A stretch of DNA of 13,342 nucleotides. Origin: Campylobacterota bacterium (GTDB lineage: Bacteria; Campylobacterota; Campylobacteria; Campylobacterales; Sulfurimonadaceae). Made by a program: the position numbers and the translations under genes. This document shows positions 1-8,663 of this stretch, piece after piece. The number at the start of each line of letters is the position of its first letter. Within the stretch, counting starts at the first letter, position 1. Location of the stretch: positions 1-13,342 of the forward strand of contig JAYEKO010000057.1 of NCBI GenBank assembly GCA_034661055.1, given 5' to 3'. A model generated the notes under the pieces. It saw nothing but the letters and a program-made list of their open reading frames with translations, was not told where the DNA came from and searched no databases.

Positions 1-311
1 ATAGCTTTGGATGTAATAAGATTTACTACCAAGGAGCAGATAAAGTAGCTTCTGTTTTAGCATTTGGAATATTGTCTGTATGTATTCATCAGAGTTTAAA
101 GCTTGTGACCTAAAGCAACAAAAAAACAGAAGATATTTTTTAGAATTTAGACCAAAAAATATAAAGCAGGAAGTGAAAATGTGATTTTTTAAGAAATTTA
201 GCGAATTTAGTATAAACTATTACAAATTAATTCGATAGTAGTTTTTTAACGATAAAATATGACTATAGCAAAATATTAGCTACTTGATGTAATTGAATTT
301 GCAAGTGGCTC
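1..311 (+). mobile_element. Right-hand part of a putative insertion sequence; candidate terminal inverted repeat TTTGCAAGTGGCTC at 298-311
   Basis: Transposase-like tail at 3-113. TTTGCAAGTGGCTC resembles TTTGCAAGnGGCTC-type IS termini (recalled, not searched) and abuts TTTAAA at 312-317. It coincides with the end of the kinase HATPase domain. The left end is outside the window. Confidence 0.5.
3..113 (+). CDS. 3' end of a probable DDE transposase (IS4/IS5/IS1182-like), partial at window edge
   Basis: Frame 3 reads SFGCNKIYYQGADKVASVLAFGILSVCIHQSLKLVT* (TAA 111-113). This resembles my recollection of DDE transposase C-termini (FG..x..G..KV..xL.FG.L...Q.L.L). It is followed by about 180 bp of AT-rich sequence and an IS-end-like motif. 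Confidence 0.55.
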   Translation, partial: SFGCNKIYYQGADKVASVLAFGILSVCIHQSLKLVT

Positions 312-1891
312 TTTAAAATAATAGTAAAGTTTGTGACACAACATCGATGTCTATAAGTTAATTGACCATCACAAATCTCTTTAAGACGAAGTTCTAAGTT
401 ACTTAAACCAAATCCTTTAGTAAGGTCTTTAAAACCTTTGCCGGTATTTGAAACAGATATGGCTATGAAATCACCGTGTCTGTAGACTTTAATCTTTAAG
501 CGCATACTCTTTTTATCTTCTATACCATGCTTAAAAGCATTCTCAACTAAAAGTTGAATAGAAAATTTCGGAACCTGATTCTTTAGTAAAGACTTTTCAT
601 GAATTTTTATATCAATGGTGTGCATCTCATTAAAGCGGGTATTTTGTAGATCAAAATAGTCTTTTGTAAAATCAAGTTCTTGGCGTATGGTTAATTTATT
701 AGTACTACTTAAATAACTTCTCAGCAGTTTTGAAAGCCTGAGGATGTTATTTTCAGCATCTTTTCTACTGGTATAAATTAGCTCAGAGATAACATTGAGT
801 GAGTTAAAAATAAAATGGGGATTAAGTTTTAGGTTTATTGTTTGAAGCTTTAAGCGGGTCTGAAAATATTTTTTATAGAGTTCATTGTTCTGTTCAAGAT
901 ATCGGTTAAAACTTTTATTAAGTGCAAAGATAACAATTAGCAGTGAAACAATGCTTAGAAGAATAATTCTGCTCAACTCCTGATAAAATCTGTTAAAACT
1001 ACTACTTACATCTTGAATACTAATGACAGTTGCGATGTTTTCATGTTCAAAATTTTTGATTTTCATGGAGTAGTTAATTAAGTAATGCTTATTATTTATA
1101 GATACAACTTCATGGTTAAAATTTTTATTGGCATCTAGAAAAGGGGTAAACGTGAGCAGATCATTTTTATGGCTTGAAAGAATTTGATGGGTCCTCGTTT
1201 TTAAGATTATATGGTCTTCCATATTGCGAAATGATTTGATATCTTCAGATGCAATGATTTTATTGGGTAGAGCAATAAAGTTGACGCTGTTATTAATAGA
1301 CTTCAAATCATCCAATGTTGTCATAAGACTTAGACCTAGTCCTAAGGCACCAATATGTATTTTATTATGATAAAGAGGTACCGTCACTCTCAAATAAAAT
1401 CCAAATCTACCTACTTCAAAGCCATTTCTTTCTATTTTATCTTTATTGACTTTTGCAACAATAGGTCTAAGAATAGTTAGATCGTCTCCAAAAGCTTCTG
1501 GTTTATGCATCCTAAGAAACGATACTGTATTAGGAAGATAGTAGTGCATGTTGTTAATATGTTGATCAAGAAGTTTGAGCTTATTGAAGTAGTTGAAGGA
1601 TTTTTGATACAAGACATCCCTATCTCCATCTAAAAATGAACTAACTATTTCAGGGTCACTCACAACACTTTGACTGACACTTTGCAAAATTTTGATGTCT
1701 TTTTCAATTTTTGAATAAAAAAATCTATTAGTCAACTGTATATTTTTCTCAAGACTTTCCTGTATCGACTGCTTCTGCTCATAATAGATAAAAATAATAT
1801 TAATAATTCCAAAAATAAATAGGATTGTTGCAATGGAAATCATGGCCATTTTTTTTATTTTATATTGGGAGTTTTGTAGATTTAAATCCAT
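263..1891 (-). CDS. LytS/YehU-family membrane sensor histidine kinase with periplasmic Cache (dCache-like) domain
   Basis: Two TM helices flank a Cache-like region (FLRMHKPEAFGDDL..RP..GFEVGRFG). H-box LNPHFIFNSLN, N-box QLLVENAFKHG, and G boxes SNTGKGF and GFGLSNL are present. Preferred start is ATG 1891 (AAGGGTG upstream) rather than TTG 1909. The last about 15 residues probably derive from IS sequence. Confidence 0.9.
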   Translation of the reverse strand: MDLNLQNSQYKIKKMAMISIATILFIFGIINIIFIYYEQKQSIQESLEKNIQLTNRFFYSKIEKDIKILQSVSQSVVSDPEIVSSFLDGDRDVLYQKSFNYFNKLKLLDQHINNMHYYLPNTVSFLRMHKPEAFGDDLTILRPIVAKVNKDKIERNGFEVGRFGFYLRVTVPLYHNKIHIGALGLGLSLMTTLDDLKSINNSVNFIALPNKIIASEDIKSFRNMEDHIILKTRTHQILSSHKNDLLTFTPFLDANKNFNHEVVSINNKHYLINYSMKIKNFEHENIATVISIQDVSSSFNRFYQELSRIILLSIVSLLIVIFALNKSFNRYLEQNNELYKKYFQTRLKLQTINLKLNPHFIFNSLNVISELIYTSRKDAENNILRLSKLLRSYLSSTNKLTIRQELDFTKDYFDLQNTRFNEMHTIDIKIHEKSLLKNQVPKFSIQLLVENAFKHGIEDKKSMRLKIKVYRHGDFIAISVSNTGKGFKDLTKGFGLSNLELRLKEICDGQLTYRHRCCVTNFTIILKSHLQIQLHQVANILL

Positions 1892-2204
1892 GATACACCC
1901 TTTACACAATAGGAAAGTAATCTCTCAAGTAAGCTTAAATAGTAACTGCTTTGAGTTCTAAGTGGCATCTGCTAACCCTCCAGTTTAAAGTTAATAACAC
2001 TATTTTTAAATAAGAAAATAATATCTTAAATATAAGTTTAGTTATTAACCCTTTGCATGATTCTAACCAAAATTTAGAAAAATATAACTTCATTGAGATG
2101 AAAACATTCTTATCTTCAATTCGCTTTAATTCTAACTATTTTTTAATAAAAGAGGCTAAAAGGGAAGGTTAATTTACTATTCTTAATTTTATATTAAACA
2201 ATAA

Positions 2205-2279
2205 ATTATCAACTTGACACAAATTATAATTTAATAAACATGGGTTATCTACAAAAAAATTTCTATTTCTTTTAGAATT
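2205..2279 (+). promoter_or_regulatory. Promoter/operator of the reductase operon (copy 1 of duplicated element)
   Basis: ATTATCAACTTGACA (2205-2219), TAATAAACAT, CTACAAAAAAA and a -10-like TAGAAT (2273-2278). It aligns without gaps to 6573-6647 at 59/75. Confidence 0.75.
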
Positions 2280-2362
2280 CGTATATGTTTTTTGATAAGA
2301 GAAATATAAGAGCGTTATGAAGTTAATGATGAATTGACTTTAAAACTACAAGGAGACAGATT

Positions 2363-4915
2363 TTGAGCCATTTAACTAGAAGAAAATTTCTCAAAGGTAC
2401 GGCAGCGGCTGTAGCCGGTGGAACAGTATTTACAACAACTGACTGTCAAGCTAGAGAGATTACCCAAGCAGATTTTGGAGTAGAGAAAAAAGTCTCTATG
2501 CTTTGCAGAATGTGTGCACAGTTTTGTCCTATGGTTGGGACTGTTCGTGATAATAGACTTGTACGAGTTGAGGCAAACACTGATACTCCTTATGCAGCTA
2601 TTTGTGGAAGAGGTAGAGCTGCCATGGGAGCACTATATGATCCAGATCGTATTAAAACTCCAATGATCAGAGTAGGAAAAAGAGGTGACGGTGAGTTTAG
2701 AGAAGCATCGTGGACAGAAGCTTTGGATATGGTAGCCGATAAGATGAAGGCATTAAAAGCAGAGAATGATGAAAAGTCTGTTGCTTTTCTACCAAGGTTT
2801 AATAGTGCACCTATGATGGATAAAGAGTTTTTCAAAGTCTATGGAACTCCAAACGTTGTAGGTTATGGTGATGCCTGTTTTGGTAATGGGCTAACCGTGG
2901 GACTCTCAGCAGTTATTGGTGGTAAACTATCTAGTGGTGTTCCAACTCAAGGGACATCAGCGATCTCCTCTGATTATGAAAATGCAAAGTATGGTGTTTT
3001 AATGCAGAGAAATCCTGGTGGAGGACTTGTGGCACACGCATGGGGCAATATGTTTGGTCGTGGGAAGAGAAACGGCATGCAGCTAACGGTTGTAGACCCT
3101 AGAAAACCCTCAGAAGCAGGAGAGAGTGATTCTGAGTGGCTTCCAATAAGACCAGGAACCGATTTACCATTCTTACTTGGTTTAATGCATGAGATATTTA
3201 AGAATAAATTCTATGATTATATCTATCTAAAAAAGTATACTAACAGTGATATGTTAATTAATCTTAAAACTGGTCTACCGGTAAAAACACGAAAAATTGA
3301 AGAGGAATCTAAAGGAAAAATACGAGAAATTGAAGATTATCTAGTATCAGTTAAAGATGGGGTTGCCTTTAAGTCTGAAACAGAAAAAAGTCGTCTATTT
3401 GGTGAGTATAGTGTTGAGATTGATGGTGAGGTAATTAAGTGTAAAACAGCTCTGCAGATTATGAAAGATGATGTTGCAAAATGTACACCGGAGTGGACTC
3501 AAGAGCAGACGACCATACCCGCAAAATCTATTATAGATGTAGCTCAGAAATTAAATGCTACTAAACCACAATGTTTTATTGACAGAGGCTACCGTTCAGA
3601 GCGTTATGCATCTAGTTTTAGAGAGAAACTGACATTAACACAGATTAATGTACTTCTTGGTGTTTTTGGTATGAAGGGAGGTGTTATCCTCAATCGAAAG
3701 ATAAAAACTGCAAAGTTTATACACCCGCCAAAGTCAAAAGATATCTCAATTGCGAAATGGTATCTGAAAAATGTTCCTGACTCAGCCTTAATGAGTGATA
3801 AGTATTACCGCAGAACATGGGCAAGATCAGTTTTAAATGAAAAACCATACAAGCAGAGAATGGCAGTTATTTCAGGCCAAAATGTGGTTGGTGGTTCTAC
3901 CGGGTCTCCTGACATAATTAAAGCGATGGAAAAACTGGAGATGATTGTAGCGATATCACCATTTTTAAATGAGACAGTTATGTATGCTGATGTAGTGCTT
4001 CCTGACTGTACCTTTATGGAACGGGATGAAGCATTTAGAACAAGTTACAAAACACCAATTCCAACTTTGGCTGTAAGTCGTAAGGCAGTTGAACCTCTTT
4101 TCGAGTCTAAAGATGGGTATTGGATTATTGATCAGTTGGCAAAAAGAGTGTTAGAAAAAGATGTTTATGCAGAACACTTTGGAGCCTATGAGCGTGAAGG
4201 TATTAACGCTATATGGAAAGCACAATACAGCCACTTAAAAGGTGTTAGTAAAGAAGAGATGGATACGATCCCTTCCCTAGATGCGTTAGTATCAGGTGAA
4301 GTATGGACCGGAGAAAAGCGCTATGGAGTAAAAGAGAAAGGTACACTTTCGGGTAAAATTGAAGTCTATTCAATTTTCTTAGCAAAAAAATATAATGAAC
4401 TTAAAGCATTAAAATATGATCAAGCAATTCATGCTTCCCCTCGTCCTGTCCATATTAAGCCAAATTGGTTAGAGAAGAGAGAAGGATTAGGTGATAATGA
4501 ATTTATACCTATTACGGGCTTTCATCCTTTGGGAACTTTTACCGGTCAGCAGACAAAAAATAATACGCTTCTACAAGAGTTCCATGATGATACCAATGCA
4601 GATGCCGTTTTTATCAATAGGAAAAAAGGGCTCAGTTTAGGATTTAAAACTGATGATATTGTTGAGGTCTTCAATGTTGACCTTCCAAATCTAGTGGTTA
4701 ATGCACGTGTTGTTTTAAGTGAAACGGTACATCCAGATGCAATGTTTAGTTACTTTGGCTTTGGAGCCGGTTTTTTTAAAGAAGTTACAAAGAGATCGAG
4801 AAATCTTAACAAAATTGGATTTAATCCAAATCATGTTACATCACTCGATTTTAATCCTCTGACAACTGGGCAACCTAGTCAGGACTTTATTGTTAATATA
4901 AGGAAAATGTCATGA
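2363..4915 (+). CDS. Molybdopterin (Mo/W-bisPGD) oxidoreductase catalytic subunit, polysulfide/thiosulfate reductase (PsrA/PhsA/SrrA)-like, Tat-exported
   Basis: Tat motif TRRKFLK; [4Fe-4S] motif CRMCAQFC...CGRG; LYDPDRIKTP, VVDPR, WLPIRPGTD and ADVVLP..TFMER motifs. Probable metal-ligand Cys172 in GYGDACF. TTG start with AAGGAG RBS. Confidence 0.92.
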   Translation: MSHLTRRKFLKGTAAAVAGGTVFTTTDCQAREITQADFGVEKKVSMLCRMCAQFCPMVGTVRDNRLVRVEANTDTPYAAICGRGRAAMGALYDPDRIKTPMIRVGKRGDGEFREASWTEALDMVADKMKALKAENDEKSVAFLPRFNSAPMMDKEFFKVYGTPNVVGYGDACFGNGLTVGLSAVIGGKLSSGVPTQGTSAISSDYENAKYGVLMQRNPGGGLVAHAWGNMFGRGKRNGMQLTVVDPRKPSEAGESDSEWLPIRPGTDLPFLLGLMHEIFKNKFYDYIYLKKYTNSDMLINLKTGLPVKTRKIEEESKGKIREIEDYLVSVKDGVAFKSETEKSRLFGEYSVEIDGEVIKCKTALQIMKDDVAKCTPEWTQEQTTIPAKSIIDVAQKLNATKPQCFIDRGYRSERYASSFREKLTLTQINVLLGVFGMKGGVILNRKIKTAKFIHPPKSKDISIAKWYLKNVPDSALMSDKYYRRTWARSVLNEKPYKQRMAVISGQNVVGGSTGSPDIIKAMEKLEMIVAISPFLNETVMYADVVLPDCTFMERDEAFRTSYKTPIPTLAVSRKAVEPLFESKDGYWIIDQLAKRVLEKDVYAEHFGAYEREGINAIWKAQYSHLKGVSKEEMDTIPSLDALVSGEVWTGEKRYGVKEKGTLSGKIEVYSIFLAKKYNELKALKYDQAIHASPRPVHIKPNWLEKREGLGDNEFIPITGFHPLGTFTGQQTKNNTLLQEFHDDTNADAVFINRKKGLSLGFKTDDIVEVFNVDLPNLVVNARVVLSETVHPDAMFSYFGFGAGFFKEVTKRSRNLNKIGFNPNHVTSLDFNPLTTGQPSQDFIVNIRKMS

Positions 4916-5724
4916 GAGAACAGATGAAGTGTTACGACACTCAGGCATGTATTTTATGTTTTGCCTGTATGGTTAACTGCTCCGTAGAAAATCGCCTTCG
5001 TATGCAGCGTGATGATAATGTAAATATGGAACAGAGTGTTCAGTCAAAAATGCAACACCTCAATTACCTTACTCCAAGGCGAAGAGAAGTGGGCAGTTAT
5101 CCAGATGCAAGAATGGTAACAGAGTTTCATCACTGTAATCACTGTGAAAATGCACCGTGTCAGGAGATCTGTCCGACAGGAGCCATTACTACGAGAGCCG
5201 GTGGAGAGGTAGTGATTAGTAATGATGTGTGTATTGGGTGTCAAAGCTGTGGAGATGCATGTCCTTTTGATGTTCCGGTGTATAGTGAAGAGACAGGGAA
5301 AGCGTTTAAGTGTAACGGCTGTTATGACAGAGTAGAGAATGGACTTAAACAGAGTTGTGTTGAAGCCTGTCCTACAGAAGCTATGTTTTCTGGTTACTCT
5401 GAAGATGTTATTGTAGAAGCGAAACGAAGAGCCGCACTGTATAGCAAAGTAACAGGAAAGAATTATATAGTATATGGAGCAGATGAGGTCAACAGCTATG
5501 TAGGTAGATTAAAATGGATTACCATTGTTGATGAGAATGATCTTGAGGCATATCATAAAGATACAGATCCTAGAAGATCTGCGATGGACTTGCGTGATGT
5601 TGCAAAAACTGGAGGTGCAGGATTTGCTGCCGCTGCAGTATTAGGAACAACAGCACACTTTATCTATTGGTTAGATAAACGAAAGAAAAAAATAGCACAT
5701 GAACAGGAGGAAGAAAATGAGTAA
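4912..5724 (+). CDS. Four-[4Fe-4S] electron-transfer subunit (PsrB/PhsB/FdnH-like) with C-terminal TM helix
   Basis: CILCFACMVNC, CNHCENAPCQEICP, CIGCQSCGDACP and CNGC...CVEACP. Hydrophobic GGAGFAAAAVLGTTAHFIYWL is followed by KRKKK. ATGA overlap with the upstream gene. Confidence 0.93.
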   Translation: MREQMKCYDTQACILCFACMVNCSVENRLRMQRDDNVNMEQSVQSKMQHLNYLTPRRREVGSYPDARMVTEFHHCNHCENAPCQEICPTGAITTRAGGEVVISNDVCIGCQSCGDACPFDVPVYSEETGKAFKCNGCYDRVENGLKQSCVEACPTEAMFSGYSEDVIVEAKRRAALYSKVTGKNYIVYGADEVNSYVGRLKWITIVDENDLEAYHKDTDPRRSAMDLRDVAKTGGAGFAAAAVLGTTAHFIYWLDKRKKKIAHEQEEENE

Positions 5725-6406
5725 GAAAATACAAGCTTATAGCTCTTTGGAGATGGCATTTCATAAACATATGATACATTTTGTTGTTTTTTTAACGATT
5801 AGTGGACTCCCTATTTTATCTGACTCATTTAGTTTTATCGCTTATGGTGTCGGATATCCAATAAATTGGTTTTCCGGTGATATGCAAGAAGAGACAATCA
5901 TCGCTTCGGGAATAACATTTTTACGATTAGTGCATTGGAGTAGTGGGTTTTTATTGACACTTTTTGCGATTCCTTTTACCATTGCAATGCTCTCTAAGGT
6001 CAAACGACTCAGCATATGGCCAGACTATTGGGGTAAAGAGGCGGTTATTGATGGTATGGTTCAAATGAAAAAGAACTATATTGACTTAGAACATGCTAAG
6101 TTTGGTAAGATGAATATCGGCCAAAAAGCAAGTGCATGGGTTATGGTTCTTGCAATGGCCCTTCTCATAATATCTGGTTATGGTCTGATTTTTCGTGATT
6201 ATATCAGTGAAGATGTTGCAGTATTAGCACGGAGTGCACATGCTATTAGTTTTATTGTATTAACATGTACACTTATTTTTCATATCTATTTTGCTACACA
6301 TCCTGCTAATAAAGAAGCGTATAAGGCTATGTTTAAAACAGGTGAGATGGATGAAGAGTATGTAAAAAGTCATCATAGCATCTGGTATGAAAAACTGATG
6401 AAATAG
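5717..6406 (+). CDS. Cytochrome b membrane anchor (FdnI/PhsC-type, four TM, diheme)
   Basis: His residues in four TM segments (FHKHMIH, RLVHW, RSAHA, IFHIYF), GKMNIGQK motif, and C-terminal AMFKTG.MDEEYVKSHHSIWYE typical of FdnI-like subunits. Start moved to ATG 5717 (AGGAGG upstream, 8-bp overlap with the previous gene). Confidence 0.9.
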   Translation: MSKKIQAYSSLEMAFHKHMIHFVVFLTISGLPILSDSFSFIAYGVGYPINWFSGDMQEETIIASGITFLRLVHWSSGFLLTLFAIPFTIAMLSKVKRLSIWPDYWGKEAVIDGMVQMKKNYIDLEHAKFGKMNIGQKASAWVMVLAMALLIISGYGLIFRDYISEDVAVLARSAHAISFIVLTCTLIFHIYFATHPANKEAYKAMFKTGEMDEEYVKSHHSIWYEKLMK

Positions 6407-6413
6407 TCCTTTT

Positions 6414-6457
6414 GCTCTTTTTCTTGAAGCTATTAATTTACTTCAGGAATAAAGAGC
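6414..6457 (+). terminator. Long stem-loop after the reductase operon (terminator or 3'-stabilising hairpin)
   Basis: GCTCTTTTTCTTGAAG pairs with CTTCAGGAATAAAGAGC (one G-U, one bulge). It is followed by a C/U-rich tract rather than a clean U-tract. Confidence 0.55.
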
Positions 6458-6572
6458 CAAACTCCTCCTTAAAATATTTTCAAATTTTTATCTAATTTTA
6501 CTGCTATAAATGCCTCTACTATTTTCTATAAAAGTCTGATTTTGTATAGCTTAAAAAATTCTTAATCATTAG

Positions 6573-6647
6573 ATTATCAACTTGACATAAATAACAAACT
6601 AATAAACATTATGAGGCTACAAAAAAAGTTCAATTTATTTTAAAATT
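6573..6647 (+). promoter_or_regulatory. Promoter/operator of the rhodanese-porin operon (copy 2 of duplicated element)
   Basis: ATTATCAACTTGACA (6573-6587), TAATAAACAT, CTACAAAAAAA and -10-like TAAAAT (6641-6646), with the same spacing as copy 1. Confidence 0.75.
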
Positions 6648-6681
6648 TTCCTAACTTTTAAGCATTACAAGGAGTTGAAGA

Positions 6682-7638
6682 ATGAAAAAGTTAGGTTTAA
6701 TAGCAGTTACAAGTTTGTTGCTTGCATCGATAACAAGTTCAGTTATGGCGGCCAAAGTGCCAACCCCAAATGAGCCACCAAAAGGTGTCAAAATAGCTTC
6801 TCATCAAGATGTGATTGACATCCATCATAATGGTGGTATTGTCTATGATGTTAGATGGCACTATTCTGAGTATGAGTTTGAAGGACATATTCCTTTTGCC
6901 GTATCTGTTCCTTTTACAGAGTGGTCGAAAAAGAATAAAAAATACGATATTCAAGCAGACAGCTGGGACTTCTCAGTATTACCACAAGACAAAAACGTAC
7001 CTATGGCATTTTACTGTATGGGTGTGAATTGCTGGAAGTCATATAAATTGGCAGATCAAGCTGCAAAACTCGGTTACAAAAATGTTTACTGGTACAAAGA
7101 GGGTCAGCCGGTATGGGATAAAAAAGGTCTACCTGTTATTAATCACAATGTGACATACAAACCATTACAGACACTATTTAAAGGGAAAAATAATCCAGTT
7201 ACATGGTTATTAGAACCAGTAGTACTTAAAGATTGGTTTGACAAAAAAGAGAAAATTCAAGTAATTGATCTTCGTTATAAGTCATTTTTTGAAGAGGGAC
7301 GTTTACAAAATGCATTTCAGGTTCCACTTACGTCACTACTTTCTCGTGATGGTGTGCAGTTAATGCCAAAACCACAAAAAGGATACAAGATTGTTCTTGT
7401 TAGTCAGACTGGTATTCTTGCAGCATCTGCGGCAGTACCACTAGCACTACTGGGATATGATGTACAGATCCTAAATGGTGGAATGAAAGCTTGGACAGCA
7501 AAATATGGTAAAGCCAATACTGTTAAAGGAAAGTTTGAGAATAACTGGATGGGTAAATCGGGCTGGAAAGGTCAAAATTCTAAGCTTGAAAGATTTAACA
7601 TGGCGAATGAAATAGAAGCAATGCACAAGAAAAACTAA
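6682..7638 (+). CDS. Secreted (Sec signal) tandem-domain rhodanese/sulfurtransferase
   Basis: Signal peptide ending SVMA. Domain 1 has YDVR..EY..GHIPFA, FYCMGVNCWKS and GY.NVYWYKEG. Domain 2 has IDLR..F..GRLQNA, LVSQTG and LNGGMKAW. AAGGAG RBS. Confidence 0.88.
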   Translation: MKKLGLIAVTSLLLASITSSVMAAKVPTPNEPPKGVKIASHQDVIDIHHNGGIVYDVRWHYSEYEFEGHIPFAVSVPFTEWSKKNKKYDIQADSWDFSVLPQDKNVPMAFYCMGVNCWKSYKLADQAAKLGYKNVYWYKEGQPVWDKKGLPVINHNVTYKPLQTLFKGKNNPVTWLLEPVVLKDWFDKKEKIQVIDLRYKSFFEEGRLQNAFQVPLTSLLSRDGVQLMPKPQKGYKIVLVSQTGILAASAAVPLALLGYDVQILNGGMKAWTAKYGKANTVKGKFENNWMGKSGWKGQNSKLERFNMANEIEAMHKKN

Positions 7639-7648
7639 GGGAATAATT

Positions 7649-8653
7649 ATGTTGAGTAATATACAAAAAAGAACTGGTTTGGCTTTGATTGCTGTAACAT
7701 TAATGACAGGCTGTGCTACTGCTGGACAGGGTGTCAAGACGTCTAACAGTGATGAATTTAATATTCTTACAAAATATATGGTAGACAATAAGATGGACAT
7801 GAATAATGTCATGGATCGAAAGACATGGATTCCTCATGCAGCGATTTTAGCGGAAAACATTGGTGACTATACGGTCCTTGACATCCGCCAGGGAGATATC
7901 GCACCTAAAAATGGGATCCCTGATTTTCAAGACGGACATGTTCCTGGAGCGATTAGTACATCGTTTGAAAACATCCTGAGTACGGCGCGTAGCATTAACG
8001 CCAAAGACAATATTCTTGTTGTGTCACATGACGGTCAGGATGCAGCAGCAGCAGCGGTAGCACTCCGTCTTAGTGGCTATCCTACCACCAAAGTACTGAA
8101 GTTTGGTATGAGTGGATGGAATAGCAAGTTCAATATCTGGAGTGAGAAGCAGTCAAATTTTGCAGTAACACATAAGAATTGGACCAAAGAAGCAGCATCT
8201 AAACCGAAAAAATATGGATCTCCGGTACTTCATACTGGTAAGACAAACGGTAAAGATATTCTAGCGGCACGTGTCGATGCATTCCTCAAGGCAGGGTATC
8301 ACGGTTGGAGTTCTAAAGAACTTCTTGAGAACCCAGAAAAGGTTTACATAGTCAATCAAGGTACGGCAAAGTCGTATGGTAAGTACGGACGTATTAAAGG
8401 TGCACAGCAGTTTAATTGGCCGACTATTGCACCAATGAAGAACAAGGGTAAATTAGAAAACTATCCACCAAATAAACCGATTGCACAGTACTGTTGGACA
8501 GGACATGCTTCCATTACTGTTTCATCATGGATGAAAATTTTGGGATATGACGCCAGCGGTACCATGTATGGAACTAATTCAATGATCATCAAAGAGATGA
8601 CAAAGAAAAAGTTCAAAAAACCTGCTGACTTACCTTATGTAACGGGTAAATAA
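7649..8653 (+). CDS. Lipoprotein tandem-domain rhodanese/sulfurtransferase
   Basis: Lipobox LMTG-C22; LDIR..DFQDGHVPGA; VVSHDGQ; LKFGMSGW; second domain GRIKGA and QYCWTGHAS. Confidence 0.88.
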   Translation: MLSNIQKRTGLALIAVTLMTGCATAGQGVKTSNSDEFNILTKYMVDNKMDMNNVMDRKTWIPHAAILAENIGDYTVLDIRQGDIAPKNGIPDFQDGHVPGAISTSFENILSTARSINAKDNILVVSHDGQDAAAAAVALRLSGYPTTKVLKFGMSGWNSKFNIWSEKQSNFAVTHKNWTKEAASKPKKYGSPVLHTGKTNGKDILAARVDAFLKAGYHGWSSKELLENPEKVYIVNQGTAKSYGKYGRIKGAQQFNWPTIAPMKNKGKLENYPPNKPIAQYCWTGHASITVSSWMKILGYDASGTMYGTNSMIIKEMTKKKFKKPADLPYVTGK

Positions 8654-8663
8654 CAGAGTTAGG

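Noticed and set aside
2214..2230. TTGACA and TATAAT as a canonical sigma70 promoter
   Set aside because: They are only 5 bp apart, and the TATAAT is not conserved in the second copy. TTGACA is better read as part of the operator.
2280..2314. ModE-like box (CGTATAT...ATATAAGAGCG) upstream of the molybdoenzyme
   Set aside because: Poor symmetry and overlong spacing in AT-rich DNA.
2363..8653. Selenocysteine recoding in the molybdoenzyme or rhodaneses
   Set aside because: There is no in-frame TGA at catalytic positions. The TGA at 4913-4915 ends a complete protein and overlaps the next ATG. Ser126 (TCA) of the lipoprotein is one base from TGA, but this alone supports nothing.
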